From a candidate division FCPU426 bacterium (GTDB lineage Bacteria > Oederibacteriota > Muellerivitia > Muellerivitales > Muellerivitaceae): 64,000 nt of DNA. The notes below the pieces were generated by a model. That model searched no databases. It saw only the letters and a program-made list of their open reading frames with translations, and had not been told where the DNA came from. Each line of letters opens with the position of its first letter. The stretch's first letter is position 1. The translations under genes and the position numbers were made by a program. The stretch covers positions 1 to 64,000 of the forward strand of contig CAVRAL010000002.1 of the NCBI GenBank assembly GCA_963719085.1, read 5' to 3'. Of the stretch, positions 31,436 through 40,525 are shown one piece after another.

Positions 31436-33112
31436 TTGACACCCTTAATGTTGCTGCTCTTATCCCAGGAATTTAAACGCTATCTGTTGAATGGGCGGAT
31501 TTCCCACGCCGCCCAGTTCTCGGAAGAAGGCGTGGAGCTGACGATTTATCATCCGGACCGGCGGATCTTTTACCTGACCGCGGTGCTTACTCCCCAAAAG
31601 CCTTTTTTGTTCATGGGCGCCCAAAAAAGGGCGGCCATGGCCAAGCCGCCTAATTTTTGCCGTTCCCTGCGCAAACATTTGGACTACGCCCAAATCGCCG
31701 ACATCGAGCAGGAACCCGGCGAGCGGTTGATTACCTTCCACTTCAAAGCCTCCCATGGACTTTACCGGCTCATTTTTGAGGGCCTTTCCAAATACCCCAA
31801 CCTCATTCTGGTCGGCCCGGACGGACAAATTGTCAGCGCCATGCGGTATAAAAACGAAGTGGAGAGGCCCGTCCTTCCCCAAGCCGTTTACGGGCCGCCG
31901 CCCCAGCCTTTGGAAAAACCAAACTTTTGGACGCTGGACGAGGACACCTTTCAAAAACTTTGGGAAGACGCCGGCAAGCCGCCTTTGGGCGCCTGGTTTA
32001 AAACCACTTTTCGCGGGACCGATCCGGAGCTTTGCGCCCATTTAGAGGGACTGGGACCTAAAGCCTTTTCCCATTGGACCGCCCTAAGACGGGTCCTGAT
32101 CGAGAAAGGCTGGGATTCTTTCGAGGTTCTTTCGGGGTCCTCTCCGTCGATCCAAATTTTCGCCGCGCCCCCTGAAGCGGGAACCAACCCGCCCGCGAAC
32201 GCGGAAGCGGCGGTTTTCTCAAGTCCTTCTGAAGCCATGGACGAGTTGTTCCAATTGGAAAACCACAAGCGGATCCTCAGCCAAGAAAAAATCCGGATTG
32301 AGTCCGAGATTAACAAAGCGCTCAAACACGAAAAAAGAATCTCGGAAAAACTAAAAAAAGACCGGATCGAGGCCGAAAAATCCGATCAATACCAATGGTG
32401 GGGCGAGCTCTTGATGGCCCAGTTGCACAAGTTGAAGCCCCATCAAACCGAAGTGGAACTGGAGGACGTGGTGCGTGGCACGCCGGGGACTGTCGTGATT
32501 CCGCTGGATCCGGAAGCCACGCCGCTTTTAAGCGCCCAGCGTTTTTTCAAAAAAGCCCGGAAGGGCTCCCGGGGGCTTGCCTTGGTCGAAAAACGCGAAA
32601 AAGAAATCGAGGAACGCCTGCACCAGCTCAAGTCGGCCCAACGCAGCCTGCCCGCGCTTCAAACCGCCGAGGATATTCGAAAGGCCCGGCTGGAACTTTT
32701 CCCCGTCAAAAAAGAAACCAGGGAAAAAGCCGTCAAAATCAAAGAGCCTAAAATACCGACCCCCAACATCCTTCGAGAAAAGCTTAATCCGCAATTTGAG
32801 ATGTGCGCCGGAACTTCCGCCATCGCCAATGACTATGTGACCTTCCAATTGGCCCAGCCCGAGGATTTATGGTTCCATGTAAGGGACCTGCCGGGCTCCC
32901 ACGTCATTTTAAGGCGCCTGCGCCGGGACGCGGTTTACACCGACGCGCTGATCCTACGGGCCGCCCAAACAGCGGCCCTCAGAAGCAAAGCCCAGCCCGG
33001 CTCCAAGGTCACGGTCAGTTATACGGAGAAAAAGTACGTGAAAAAAATCCCGGGCGCGCCGCTGGGCATGGTCAGCATGACCAAAGAGCGCAGTATTCTC
33101 ATCCAACTTTGA
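31436..33112 (+). CDS. rqcH: RqcH/NFACT (FbpA-like) ribosome quality-control protein
   Basis: PPNFCRSLRKHL, AQRFFKKARK, NDYVTF..A.PEDLWFHVRDLPGSHVIL, VSYTEKKYVKK.PGA.LGMV. Likely TTG start at 31436; the ORF is open from 31337. Confidence 0.9.
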   Translation: MTPLMLLLLSQEFKRYLLNGRISHAAQFSEEGVELTIYHPDRRIFYLTAVLTPQKPFLFMGAQKRAAMAKPPNFCRSLRKHLDYAQIADIEQEPGERLITFHFKASHGLYRLIFEGLSKYPNLILVGPDGQIVSAMRYKNEVERPVLPQAVYGPPPQPLEKPNFWTLDEDTFQKLWEDAGKPPLGAWFKTTFRGTDPELCAHLEGLGPKAFSHWTALRRVLIEKGWDSFEVLSGSSPSIQIFAAPPEAGTNPPANAEAAVFSSPSEAMDELFQLENHKRILSQEKIRIESEINKALKHEKRISEKLKKDRIEAEKSDQYQWWGELLMAQLHKLKPHQTEVELEDVVRGTPGTVVIPLDPEATPLLSAQRFFKKARKGSRGLALVEKREKEIEERLHQLKSAQRSLPALQTAEDIRKARLELFPVKKETREKAVKIKEPKIPTPNILREKLNPQFEMCAGTSAIANDYVTFQLAQPEDLWFHVRDLPGSHVILRRLRRDAVYTDALILRAAQTAALRSKAQPGSKVTVSYTEKKYVKKIPGAPLGMVSMTKERSILIQL

Positions 33113-33116
33113 GGCT

Positions 33117-34343
33117 TTATTGGACCGAGGGAATCTCGGGAGACGGCTGGGCCACGTCCATGGGCACCAACTGAACCGGAGGCGTAGGCGTGGGCTCCTC
33201 ACTGATGCGGGGCGGAAATAATCCCGGCGAGGAAACGTCGGGAGATTCCAAGGTGACGGGTTGGAAATTAGCGGACACCGTGGCTTGCTCACTGGCCGAT
33301 TGACCCGTGGGCGTTGACCCCGCGCTGGGAGACGGCGTGGCTTGAACCGCCTGCTTTTGCTTGTCCATCCGGGCCATCTGTTCCACCTCTTGTTTGGTCA
33401 ACAGGGGCTTTCGAATGTCCTTAATATGCGCCTTCGCGTCGTTGTCGCTGGGAACCAATTCGGAGTATCTCTCCCAATGGTAAAGGGCCTTGCTCGCGTC
33501 GTCCTGCCGCTCGTAAATTTTAGCCACCTGCTTATGGGCCTCGGCTTGCTGGTCGTCCGCTTGAAGGATCGCCAGATATTCCTTTTGGGCGTTGTCCCAA
33601 TCCCGGATGCTTTCGTAATAGTCCGCCAATTTATAATGGGCGTCGATATCCCCCGGATTAATATCCACGGCGGCTTTGTACTCGGCCAAAGCGCGGTCCT
33701 GCTGGCCCTCGGTTTGATAGGTATCGGCCAATTTCGCCCGGGCGTCCGCGGACATGGGCGACTCGTTCACGGCCTGCCGGTAGTAAGCCAAAGCCACATC
33801 CGAATGCTGGAGCGCGATATAAGAATCCCCCAGGCGCTCGTTGATTTCGGCGTTGTCCGGGAAAAAGCGAACCGCTACTTTAAGCTCCGGAATGGCCTGT
33901 TCATAACGCTGGGTTAAAAAGTAAGCCATGCCCAAGTTGTAATGGGCCGAGCCAAAATCAGGGTTAATTTGAAGGGCTTTTTTGGCGTAAGAAATCGAGT
34001 CGGGGAAATCCCGTTTTTGAAGATAAACAAAAGAGACATTGGACAGGGCCGGGAAATAATTCGGCTGGACTTGAAGAGCCTTTTGGAATTGGCTTAACGC
34101 GTCATCCATTTGGTTTTTTTCAGCGTAAAGCTTCCCCAGGTTGGTCCGGGCTTCCACATTATAAGGATCCAGATCGACCGCTTCTTGAAAATACTTGATC
34201 GCGGTCTCGCTCTTCCCCGTGCGCAAATAGACATTTCCCTTATCCAGGTAAAACTGGCTGTCCGGTTCGGCCCGAAGACCCGCAAACGCGAGCATCAAGA
34301 AGAAAAGGGCGCAAAAGGAAACCCGTTTTAAACGCAGGGACAT
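33117..34343 (-). CDS. Exported TPR protein with Pro/Ser-rich tail
   Basis: Signal peptide and about 8 TPRs (ARTNLG, AHYNLG, AHYKLA). Confidence 0.88.
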   Translation of the reverse strand: MSLRLKRVSFCALFFLMLAFAGLRAEPDSQFYLDKGNVYLRTGKSETAIKYFQEAVDLDPYNVEARTNLGKLYAEKNQMDDALSQFQKALQVQPNYFPALSNVSFVYLQKRDFPDSISYAKKALQINPDFGSAHYNLGMAYFLTQRYEQAIPELKVAVRFFPDNAEINERLGDSYIALQHSDVALAYYRQAVNESPMSADARAKLADTYQTEGQQDRALAEYKAAVDINPGDIDAHYKLADYYESIRDWDNAQKEYLAILQADDQQAEAHKQVAKIYERQDDASKALYHWERYSELVPSDNDAKAHIKDIRKPLLTKQEVEQMARMDKQKQAVQATPSPSAGSTPTGQSASEQATVSANFQPVTLESPDVSSPGLFPPRISEEPTPTPPVQLVPMDVAQPSPEIPSVQ

Positions 34344-34480
34344 GCCCGCTCCTTGGCCAGTAAATTTCAGGAAAAACGAAGAAAGACATCGTGTATGACA
34401 ATGGGCAAAACGATTTTAGGCCAGCCTCTTAAGGCCGTCAACGGCCAAAGGGATGAAAAACCCCAGCAAAAGCAAAATTT

Positions 34481-35869
34481 TTATTTTCTTAAAGCTTCCG
34501 AACGAATCGCCTTTAATAACGCTTGGGTTTGGTTTCGCGAACCGGACTCGGCGTAAAGCCTCAAAAGCGGTTCGGTGCCCGAGGCCCGGGCCATCACCCA
34601 GCCGTCCTTAAGATCCAAGCGGACCCCGTCCAAGGTCTGAAGGCCGGTCACTGGGGAACCCGCCATAGCCGCGGGCGGGGTGTTTTTAAGCCGGTCGAGA
34701 ATCTTTTTCTGGCGGTCAAAGGGCACATTCTCCAAATCGATCCGGTCCGAATAAAAAGGCCCGAACTGTTTTTGGACAAAATCCACGGCTCCGGTTACGG
34801 ATTTTTTTAAATAAACCAGGGCCTCCAAAATCAAAAGCGCCGAGAACAAACCATCCCGCTCGGCCAGGTGGCCCTTGACCGCGATGCCGCCGCTCTCCTC
34901 CACGCCGAGCAAAACATCCTCTTTCAACATGATCTCGCCGATATATTTGAATCCAATGGGCGTCTCATAAAGCGCAATGCCCCATTTTTGAGCCATGCGT
35001 TCCAGCATCCGGGTCCCGGAGACGGTTTTCACCACGGCGCCGCGCAAACCCCGATGGACCCATAAATGGTAAAGTAAAATTCCGTGAAGCCGGTGGACAT
35101 GGACATACCGCCCCCGCTCATCCATCAGCCCCACCCGGTCCCCGTCCCCATCGGTGGCGAATCCCATGTGGGCTTTCGTTTTTCGAATCATAGAGGCCAA
35201 AGGACCCAGGTTGGGCCCAATCGGCTCGGGTTGGCGCCCGCCAAAAAAAACATCCCGCTCGGCCGCCACCGTTGTCACCCGGGTCTTACCGCCCTTGAGG
35301 AGGCGCTCAAAATGATCCTCCCCCACCCCGTGCATGGAATCAAACACGATTCGAAACCCCGCTTTGCGGATCGCCTTGAGATCAATTTGGGAGGCGATGG
35401 TTTTCAAATAGGGGGAAAGCCAATGAGCCAGGGGAATCCGGCGCGCCACCGCGGACGGCGCTAAGTTCGGAATATTTTTCTCAATCGCCCGGGTAAAACT
35501 TTCGGGCGCGGAAATACCCGGCGGCAATTTGACCTTAAAGCCGTTATAAGCCCCGGAGTTATGGCTGGCGGTGATCATGACGCCGGCGTCGGCCTTTTGA
35601 TCGCGCACGGCCAAAGAAAGGGCGGGTGTTGGAATAATCCGGTCGGAAAGAAGAACCCGATGGCCTTGGGTGGCTAAGCTATGGGCGGCTTCCCGGGCGA
35701 ATTGATCCGAATTAAACCGGGTATCAAACCCCACGAGAACCTTGGCCGATCTTTTCTTTTTCCGGAGGACCGCGCCCAGCCCATAAGCCGCGCGCCGAAC
35801 ATTGGAAAAGGTAAACCCATCGGCGATCTTCGCGCGCCAACCATCGGTCCCAAATCGAATTTTATCCAT
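34481..35869 (-). CDS. Phosphoglucomutase/phosphomannomutase
   Basis: FGTDGWR, ITASHN, DGDGDR, EESGG, RASGTEPLLR. Confidence 0.95.
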   Translation of the reverse strand: MDKIRFGTDGWRAKIADGFTFSNVRRAAYGLGAVLRKKKRSAKVLVGFDTRFNSDQFAREAAHSLATQGHRVLLSDRIIPTPALSLAVRDQKADAGVMITASHNSGAYNGFKVKLPPGISAPESFTRAIEKNIPNLAPSAVARRIPLAHWLSPYLKTIASQIDLKAIRKAGFRIVFDSMHGVGEDHFERLLKGGKTRVTTVAAERDVFFGGRQPEPIGPNLGPLASMIRKTKAHMGFATDGDGDRVGLMDERGRYVHVHRLHGILLYHLWVHRGLRGAVVKTVSGTRMLERMAQKWGIALYETPIGFKYIGEIMLKEDVLLGVEESGGIAVKGHLAERDGLFSALLILEALVYLKKSVTGAVDFVQKQFGPFYSDRIDLENVPFDRQKKILDRLKNTPPAAMAGSPVTGLQTLDGVRLDLKDGWVMARASGTEPLLRLYAESGSRNQTQALLKAIRSEALRK

Positions 35870-35927
35870 TTAGTTTCTCCAAACCCATAGGGGCAATTTA
35901 GCAGAAAGCCGGCTTGGGGCGGCCGCT

Positions 35928-37538
35928 TTAATAAAGCACCAACCCCGAAGCCGAATGAGCCGCCACCGGCACGGCCAATCCCTTCGCGGGGTCAAAATGC
36001 GCTTTATAAGGCGCGATGGATTGAATCGGAAAGGGTCCCCCGCCCGGGGAGGATTTTTCGCCATTCCAGGAGACTTGACTGTCATTAAGATCGTGGCCGC
36101 TCAAAACCCAACCCATGAGCTTGCCTTGGGGTTTAAAGGCCCCCGTGTTCAGCACCAAAGTTTTCGGCCGGTTGTCCTCGTTCACGATGATCAGTCCCAG
36201 TTCCCCCCCGGAAAAACGGCTGGCGTAAACTTTCACGGCGGGGTCCGAACTGTCCGCGCCGATGAGTTGGCACCCGAAGGCGTTATGGTAGAGGGCGTAA
36301 GTGTAGTAAGTCGCCCGGGGCGCGCCTTCGGTGGCCGAAGGATCACCCGAGGCCAGCATGGCGTGGTCGCCGCCCAGTTTTTTATCCAGGCCGTTCTTCC
36401 AATCCCAAAAATCAGTGGCCACGTAGCCGGACTTCATGCTTTCGCCCAAAACTTCCGCGGTAAAAAGTCCATTCAACAATTGGGTGGTCTCCGGCGGAGT
36501 GGCGTTCACCAGATTGAACTCGGTCAAGGCCACTGGAATCCCTTTTTCCGAGGGGGCGTATTGGTCGATCATTTGGTCCAGGGCCGCTTTCGCGTCCGCC
36601 AATTTGTGCAGGTTGGACAGGAAAACATCGTTGGAAGGATGGGTGTAAACATTTTGCGCGTCGAAAGGCCAAAAGAAATACTGATGGAGAATCAGGAAAT
36701 CAGCTTGGCCCTTAAGCTGGGGCAGTAAATCCCGGTTCCACCAATGATACCCGGTCCAATCATCCCCGCTGTCGGTGTCGACCACCACGGCGCCGATGAA
36801 AATATCGGGGTCCACCTTTCGCATGGCCGCCGCGATCACTTGGAAATCCTTGCCATAAACATCGCCCGTCAATTGGGCCTTGCCGTCCATCTTGTTGCCT
36901 TCTTCCCAAGGCCCGTAAACCTCATTGCCGATTTCCCAATAGCGGACTTTGTAATTTTTTTCCACGTTGCAATAGCGCACCCAGCCCGCGGCCAAATCCG
37001 CCGCCGCCTGAACATTGATATAACGGGCCGCCGCGTAATTCACCGTAAAGATGGGCTGGGAGCCCGTCGCTTGGCAAAATTGCATGAAATCATCCGTCGA
37101 GACCGCCCAGGCGCCGTTCAAGTTGGAAACATTATTCCCGTCGTGATCCACGGCGTGTTTGGAATAATCCCCGTTCCAAAAATAGTTATCCGAAGTGCTC
37201 CCTCCCGGCCAGCGCCAAAACCGGATGCCGGCTTCCTTGGCTTTGTCGAATTGCTCCGGCGCCATGAAAAATTGCTTTCCGCTCCAGCAAGCCGTATTCA
37301 CGCCGAATTGATAAGGGTTCACCGCCCGCAAGACTACCTCGGGCGCCAGGGTGATTTGAACTTTTTCACCGTAAGGAAATTTCCAGGGTTTGCCGCTTTC
37401 GTCAAAAGTCGGGGCGGCCTTGGTGTAAGAAACCGCCGCCGTGTCCGAGGGGAAAAGTTGGAAAGGCTTATCCGCGGGAGCGGCCCCCGCGGAGGCTACC
37501 GACCCGAAAAAAGCTAAGAATATCCAACGAATTTTCAT
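35928..37538 (-). CDS. Secreted clan GH-A glycoside hydrolase (GH51/GH44-like)
   Basis: Signal peptide, RWPGGSTSD, YWEIGNEVYG (acid/base), LTEFN (nucleophile). Confidence 0.8.
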   Translation of the reverse strand: MKIRWIFLAFFGSVASAGAAPADKPFQLFPSDTAAVSYTKAAPTFDESGKPWKFPYGEKVQITLAPEVVLRAVNPYQFGVNTACWSGKQFFMAPEQFDKAKEAGIRFWRWPGGSTSDNYFWNGDYSKHAVDHDGNNVSNLNGAWAVSTDDFMQFCQATGSQPIFTVNYAAARYINVQAAADLAAGWVRYCNVEKNYKVRYWEIGNEVYGPWEEGNKMDGKAQLTGDVYGKDFQVIAAAMRKVDPDIFIGAVVVDTDSGDDWTGYHWWNRDLLPQLKGQADFLILHQYFFWPFDAQNVYTHPSNDVFLSNLHKLADAKAALDQMIDQYAPSEKGIPVALTEFNLVNATPPETTQLLNGLFTAEVLGESMKSGYVATDFWDWKNGLDKKLGGDHAMLASGDPSATEGAPRATYYTYALYHNAFGCQLIGADSSDPAVKVYASRFSGGELGLIIVNEDNRPKTLVLNTGAFKPQGKLMGWVLSGHDLNDSQVSWNGEKSSPGGGPFPIQSIAPYKAHFDPAKGLAVPVAAHSASGLVLY

Positions 37539-37582
37539 GACAGCCTCTTCGTGAAATGAACTGGATTTTATTTTATCACTGA

Positions 37583-37894
37583 TTAAAAGAGTTTGACCCA
37601 GACCTCACCGGCTTCAATCCGCGTCGGATAGGTCGGCAACCTTAAATCCGGGTCGTTCAAGCATTCGCCGGTGCGGATATTGGAATGGTATCCGTGGGCC
37701 TTGCAGACGATATCATCCCCGAAACAATTTTTCGGATCCAAAATCACCTCAGCGTGGGGACAATAGATTCCGGTGGCGAAGACTTCTTGGCCCCGGCGGT
37801 GAAGCAACAGGGGCATGGCACCCACTTCAACCTCGACCGATTTTTGATCCTCTAGATCACTGAGGGTCGCGGCCCGTCGATAACCCGGTTCCAT
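37583..37894 (-). CDS. Rieske [2Fe-2S] ferredoxin
   Basis: CPH...CKAH, LPTYPTRIEAGEVWV; TAATG overlap with the upstream gene. Confidence 0.88.
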   Translation of the reverse strand: MEPGYRRAATLSDLEDQKSVEVEVGAMPLLLHRRGQEVFATGIYCPHAEVILDPKNCFGDDIVCKAHGYHSNIRTGECLNDPDLRLPTYPTRIEAGEVWVKLF

Positions 37895-38928
37895 TAAGTC
37901 CGGCTGTAGTCGCCCAAGACGCTTCCCTTGTCGACTTTCGAATGAACGTGGGCCTTTCGCCCCAGAATCACTTCGTCGAGCGATAGGCGGGGTCCCACGA
38001 CCGCTCCGTCCCAAAGCACACTTTTACCCACCGAACTGCCCGGACCCACTCGGCAGCCCGCGCCCAAAACCGTGAAGGGAAGGATCCTCGCGCCTTCCTC
38101 GATCACCGATCCGTCGCCTAAGACAGCCGGCCCCTGGACCTTGGCTTTCTTGCCCAGCTTCACACCCTTGCCCCAATAAACGTTTTTTCCCTTTTTCGTC
38201 CATGAACCCGGAACCTTAAAGGCGCCATTGAGAATATCCCAATGGGTGGTGAGGTATTTAGCGGGTGTGCCGATGTCCTGCCAATAACCTTTCCATACGT
38301 AACCGTAAAAAGGCGTCTTGGATTTCAGCAAATCGGGGAACAAGGCCCGCTCGGCCGAATAATTGACCTTCGCGGGGATAAAATTAAATACCGACGGCTC
38401 GAATAAATAGACACCCGCGTTGATCGTGTCGGTCACCGCTTCCTTTAAGGTTGGCTTTTCCAAAAACCGGGTGATGGCCCCTTGGGCGTCCAGCACCACC
38501 AACCCATAAGCCGTGGGGTCCTCCACCTGGACGAGCCCCAAGGTTGCCGTTGATTTCTTCTTGCGGTGGAAATCGATCATTTTGGCCAAAGGAAGGTCGG
38601 TCAAGATATCCCCGTTCAGGACCACCACCGGGTGTCCCTTCACGTACTTTTCGGCGTTCTTGATGGCACCCGCCGTCCCCAGGGGTTCTTTTTCGATCGC
38701 GTAGTTTATTTTCACGCCTAATTTGCGGCCGTCCCCATAGATTTTGCGGATGGCCTGGGGTTTATAGCCCAGGGAAAAAGTGATTTCCCGGATTCCGGCT
38801 TTTTTGAGTTGGGCGATGGGGTAATGCAGGAAAGGCGCCCCGCAAAGGGGCACGATATTTTTGGGGATATGGTCCGTCAAGGGGCGCAATCTTGTCCCCT
38901 GCCCGCCCACCAGGATGATGGCCTTCAT
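37894..38928 (-). CDS. NDP-sugar pyrophosphorylase (mannose-1-phosphate guanylyltransferase-like)
   Basis: AIILVGGQGTRLRPLT, PLGTAGA, NGD, FLEKP, WQDIGTP, hexapeptide repeats. Confidence 0.93.
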   Translation of the reverse strand: MKAIILVGGQGTRLRPLTDHIPKNIVPLCGAPFLHYPIAQLKKAGIREITFSLGYKPQAIRKIYGDGRKLGVKINYAIEKEPLGTAGAIKNAEKYVKGHPVVVLNGDILTDLPLAKMIDFHRKKKSTATLGLVQVEDPTAYGLVVLDAQGAITRFLEKPTLKEAVTDTINAGVYLFEPSVFNFIPAKVNYSAERALFPDLLKSKTPFYGYVWKGYWQDIGTPAKYLTTHWDILNGAFKVPGSWTKKGKNVYWGKGVKLGKKAKVQGPAVLGDGSVIEEGARILPFTVLGAGCRVGPGSSVGKSVLWDGAVVGPRLSLDEVILGRKAHVHSKVDKGSVLGDYSRT

Positions 38929-38943
38929 TGAACGCTCCGCGTT

Positions 38944-39049
38944 GAGTTAGGAGTGAGGAGCTTGAAGCGAGAAGTTTTAAAGACGAAAAGCATGGGATGC
39001 CATGTCATTCGCCGTAAACTCCTAATTCCTAACTCCAAACCCCTAACTT
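38944..39049. repeat. Inverted heptamer-repeat palindrome (GAGTTAG / CTAACTC)
   Basis: GAGTTAGGAGTGAGGAGCTTGAAGCGAGAAGTTT ... AAACTCCTAATTCCTAACTCCAAACCCCTAACTT. Confidence 0.75.
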
Positions 39050-39960
39050 CTTTTGTAGTATTCGACGGTTTCCTGAATTCCTGTCCTCAAATCCCGCGAC
39101 GGCTCCCACTTTAAAAGCTTTTTCGCTTTCGAGGGGTCCAAAACACTTTTGCCCAAATCGCCCAACCGGGCCACCGTCTTTTTGGGCGGCTTGGAATAAC
39201 CGGTGGCCTTCGCCAAGGTCTCAAAAAGATCCAACGTGCTGGTGCCCACACCCGTTCCAATGTTAAACACATCGTTCTTCGGATAATCCAGCGCCAGCAG
39301 GCTGGCCCGGGCCACATCCTTGACATAGACATAATCGCGCAAATGATAGCCGTCCCCGAAAATTTGAAAGTCCCCTTGGGTCAGCATGCCGTGGGTAAAG
39401 ATGGCCACCACTCCGCCTTCCCCCAAAGCGTCCTGCCGGGGGCCATATACATTGGCGTAGCGAAGAATGACATAGTCCAACCCGAAATTTTGGGCGAAAA
39501 CATCCGTATAAAGCTCGACAGTGTATTTGCTGGCCCCGTAAACCGAGAAGGGATGGGCCGGTTGGGTTTCCAAGAAAGGCTTGTCCGTCATTTCGCCGTA
39601 CTGGGCGCCGCCCGAGGAGGCGTAGATAAATTTCTTCACCCCCGCCCGGCGGCAAAGATCCAAAAGCAGGACCGACCCCAGCACGTTCAGCTTCACGTCG
39701 AAGTAAGGGTCTTCCAGGGACGCCTTCACCTTAATTTGGGCGGCATGGTGGTTGACCGCGTCGATTTTTTCATCTTGGATGATCTGCTGGAGCTTCTCGT
39801 CCATCAGGTCCATGGCGTAGAACTTGGCCTTAGGATTAAGGTTTTCCTTTTTGCCCGTGGAAAGATCGTCCACGACCACCACCGAGTGTCCCGCTTCCAA
39901 ATAAGCGTCCACCACGTGGCTGCCGATGAAGCCGGCCCCGCCGGTCACGAGAATCTTCAC
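39043..39960 (-). CDS. NAD-dependent epimerase/dehydratase (UDP-glucose 4-epimerase-like)
   Basis: ILVTGGAGFIGSH, YGASK, LRYANVYGPRQ, RDYVYVKDVA. Confidence 0.94.
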   Translation of the reverse strand: MKILVTGGAGFIGSHVVDAYLEAGHSVVVVDDLSTGKKENLNPKAKFYAMDLMDEKLQQIIQDEKIDAVNHHAAQIKVKASLEDPYFDVKLNVLGSVLLLDLCRRAGVKKFIYASSGGAQYGEMTDKPFLETQPAHPFSVYGASKYTVELYTDVFAQNFGLDYVILRYANVYGPRQDALGEGGVVAIFTHGMLTQGDFQIFGDGYHLRDYVYVKDVARASLLALDYPKNDVFNIGTGVGTSTLDLFETLAKATGYSKPPKKTVARLGDLGKSVLDPSKAKKLLKWEPSRDLRTGIQETVEYYKRS

Positions 39961-40064
39961 GAAATCACCTCATCCATCTTGCCCGTTCCGGCAACCGCAC
40001 ATTCATGATGGTTCAAATATAAAAAAGGGATGAGGCCCGCGCCCCCATTAACTAAAGTTTTCAT
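39957..40064 (-). pseudogene. 35-aa mini-ORF resembling an epimerase N-terminus (remnant or leader)
   Basis: GAGGT RBS then MKTLVNGGAGLIP...; its TGA overlaps the GTG of the downstream MKILVTGGAGFIG gene. Confidence 0.55.
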
Positions 40065-40117
40065 AAAAACAGACCTCACCTTTATTGGGAAGAAAAAGTT
40101 TAAGCGGGCGGGAAAAC

Positions 40118-40456
40118 TTAAAAAACGAAAAGGTTCCATAGAAAAATCAAAACCACGATGGCTAAAAGGGCTACCACGCCGATCGCGATGGTTTTTTGCC
40201 AATCCCACTCGACGTTTTGGACCTTTTCACCCATGGGGGCGACGCCCAGGTTTTCGCCTTCTTGGCGGTGCGCGCAACGGTCCGTTGGAAAGCGCTTCTC
40301 CACCCAGCTTTCCCGCCAACAGGAACGGCAAACTTTTTTAAGGCAATGCGGGCATTCTTTGAATCCCAAGGGATAGAGGGTCAGGGTGGTGTCGCAAATT
40401 TGGCAGCGCTGGGGGTCATTAATGGAGGTTGAGGTTTTTGAGGTCAATTTGGGCAA
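40118..40456 (-). CDS. Small Cys-rich zinc-finger protein with C-terminal TM anchor
   Basis: CQIC-x13-CPHC-x4-CRSC...CAH, hydrophobic C-terminus; GGAGGA RBS before TTG at 40456. Confidence 0.72.
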   Translation of the reverse strand: MPKLTSKTSTSINDPQRCQICDTTLTLYPLGFKECPHCLKKVCRSCWRESWVEKRFPTDRCAHRQEGENLGVAPMGEKVQNVEWDWQKTIAIGVVALLAIVVLIFLWNLFVF

Positions 40457-40525
40457 GCCTTCCTCCGCGAGCGATACGATGAGGGCCAAAGTTTACATGG
40501 AAAAAAGCCTTTTACCAAGCAACTT

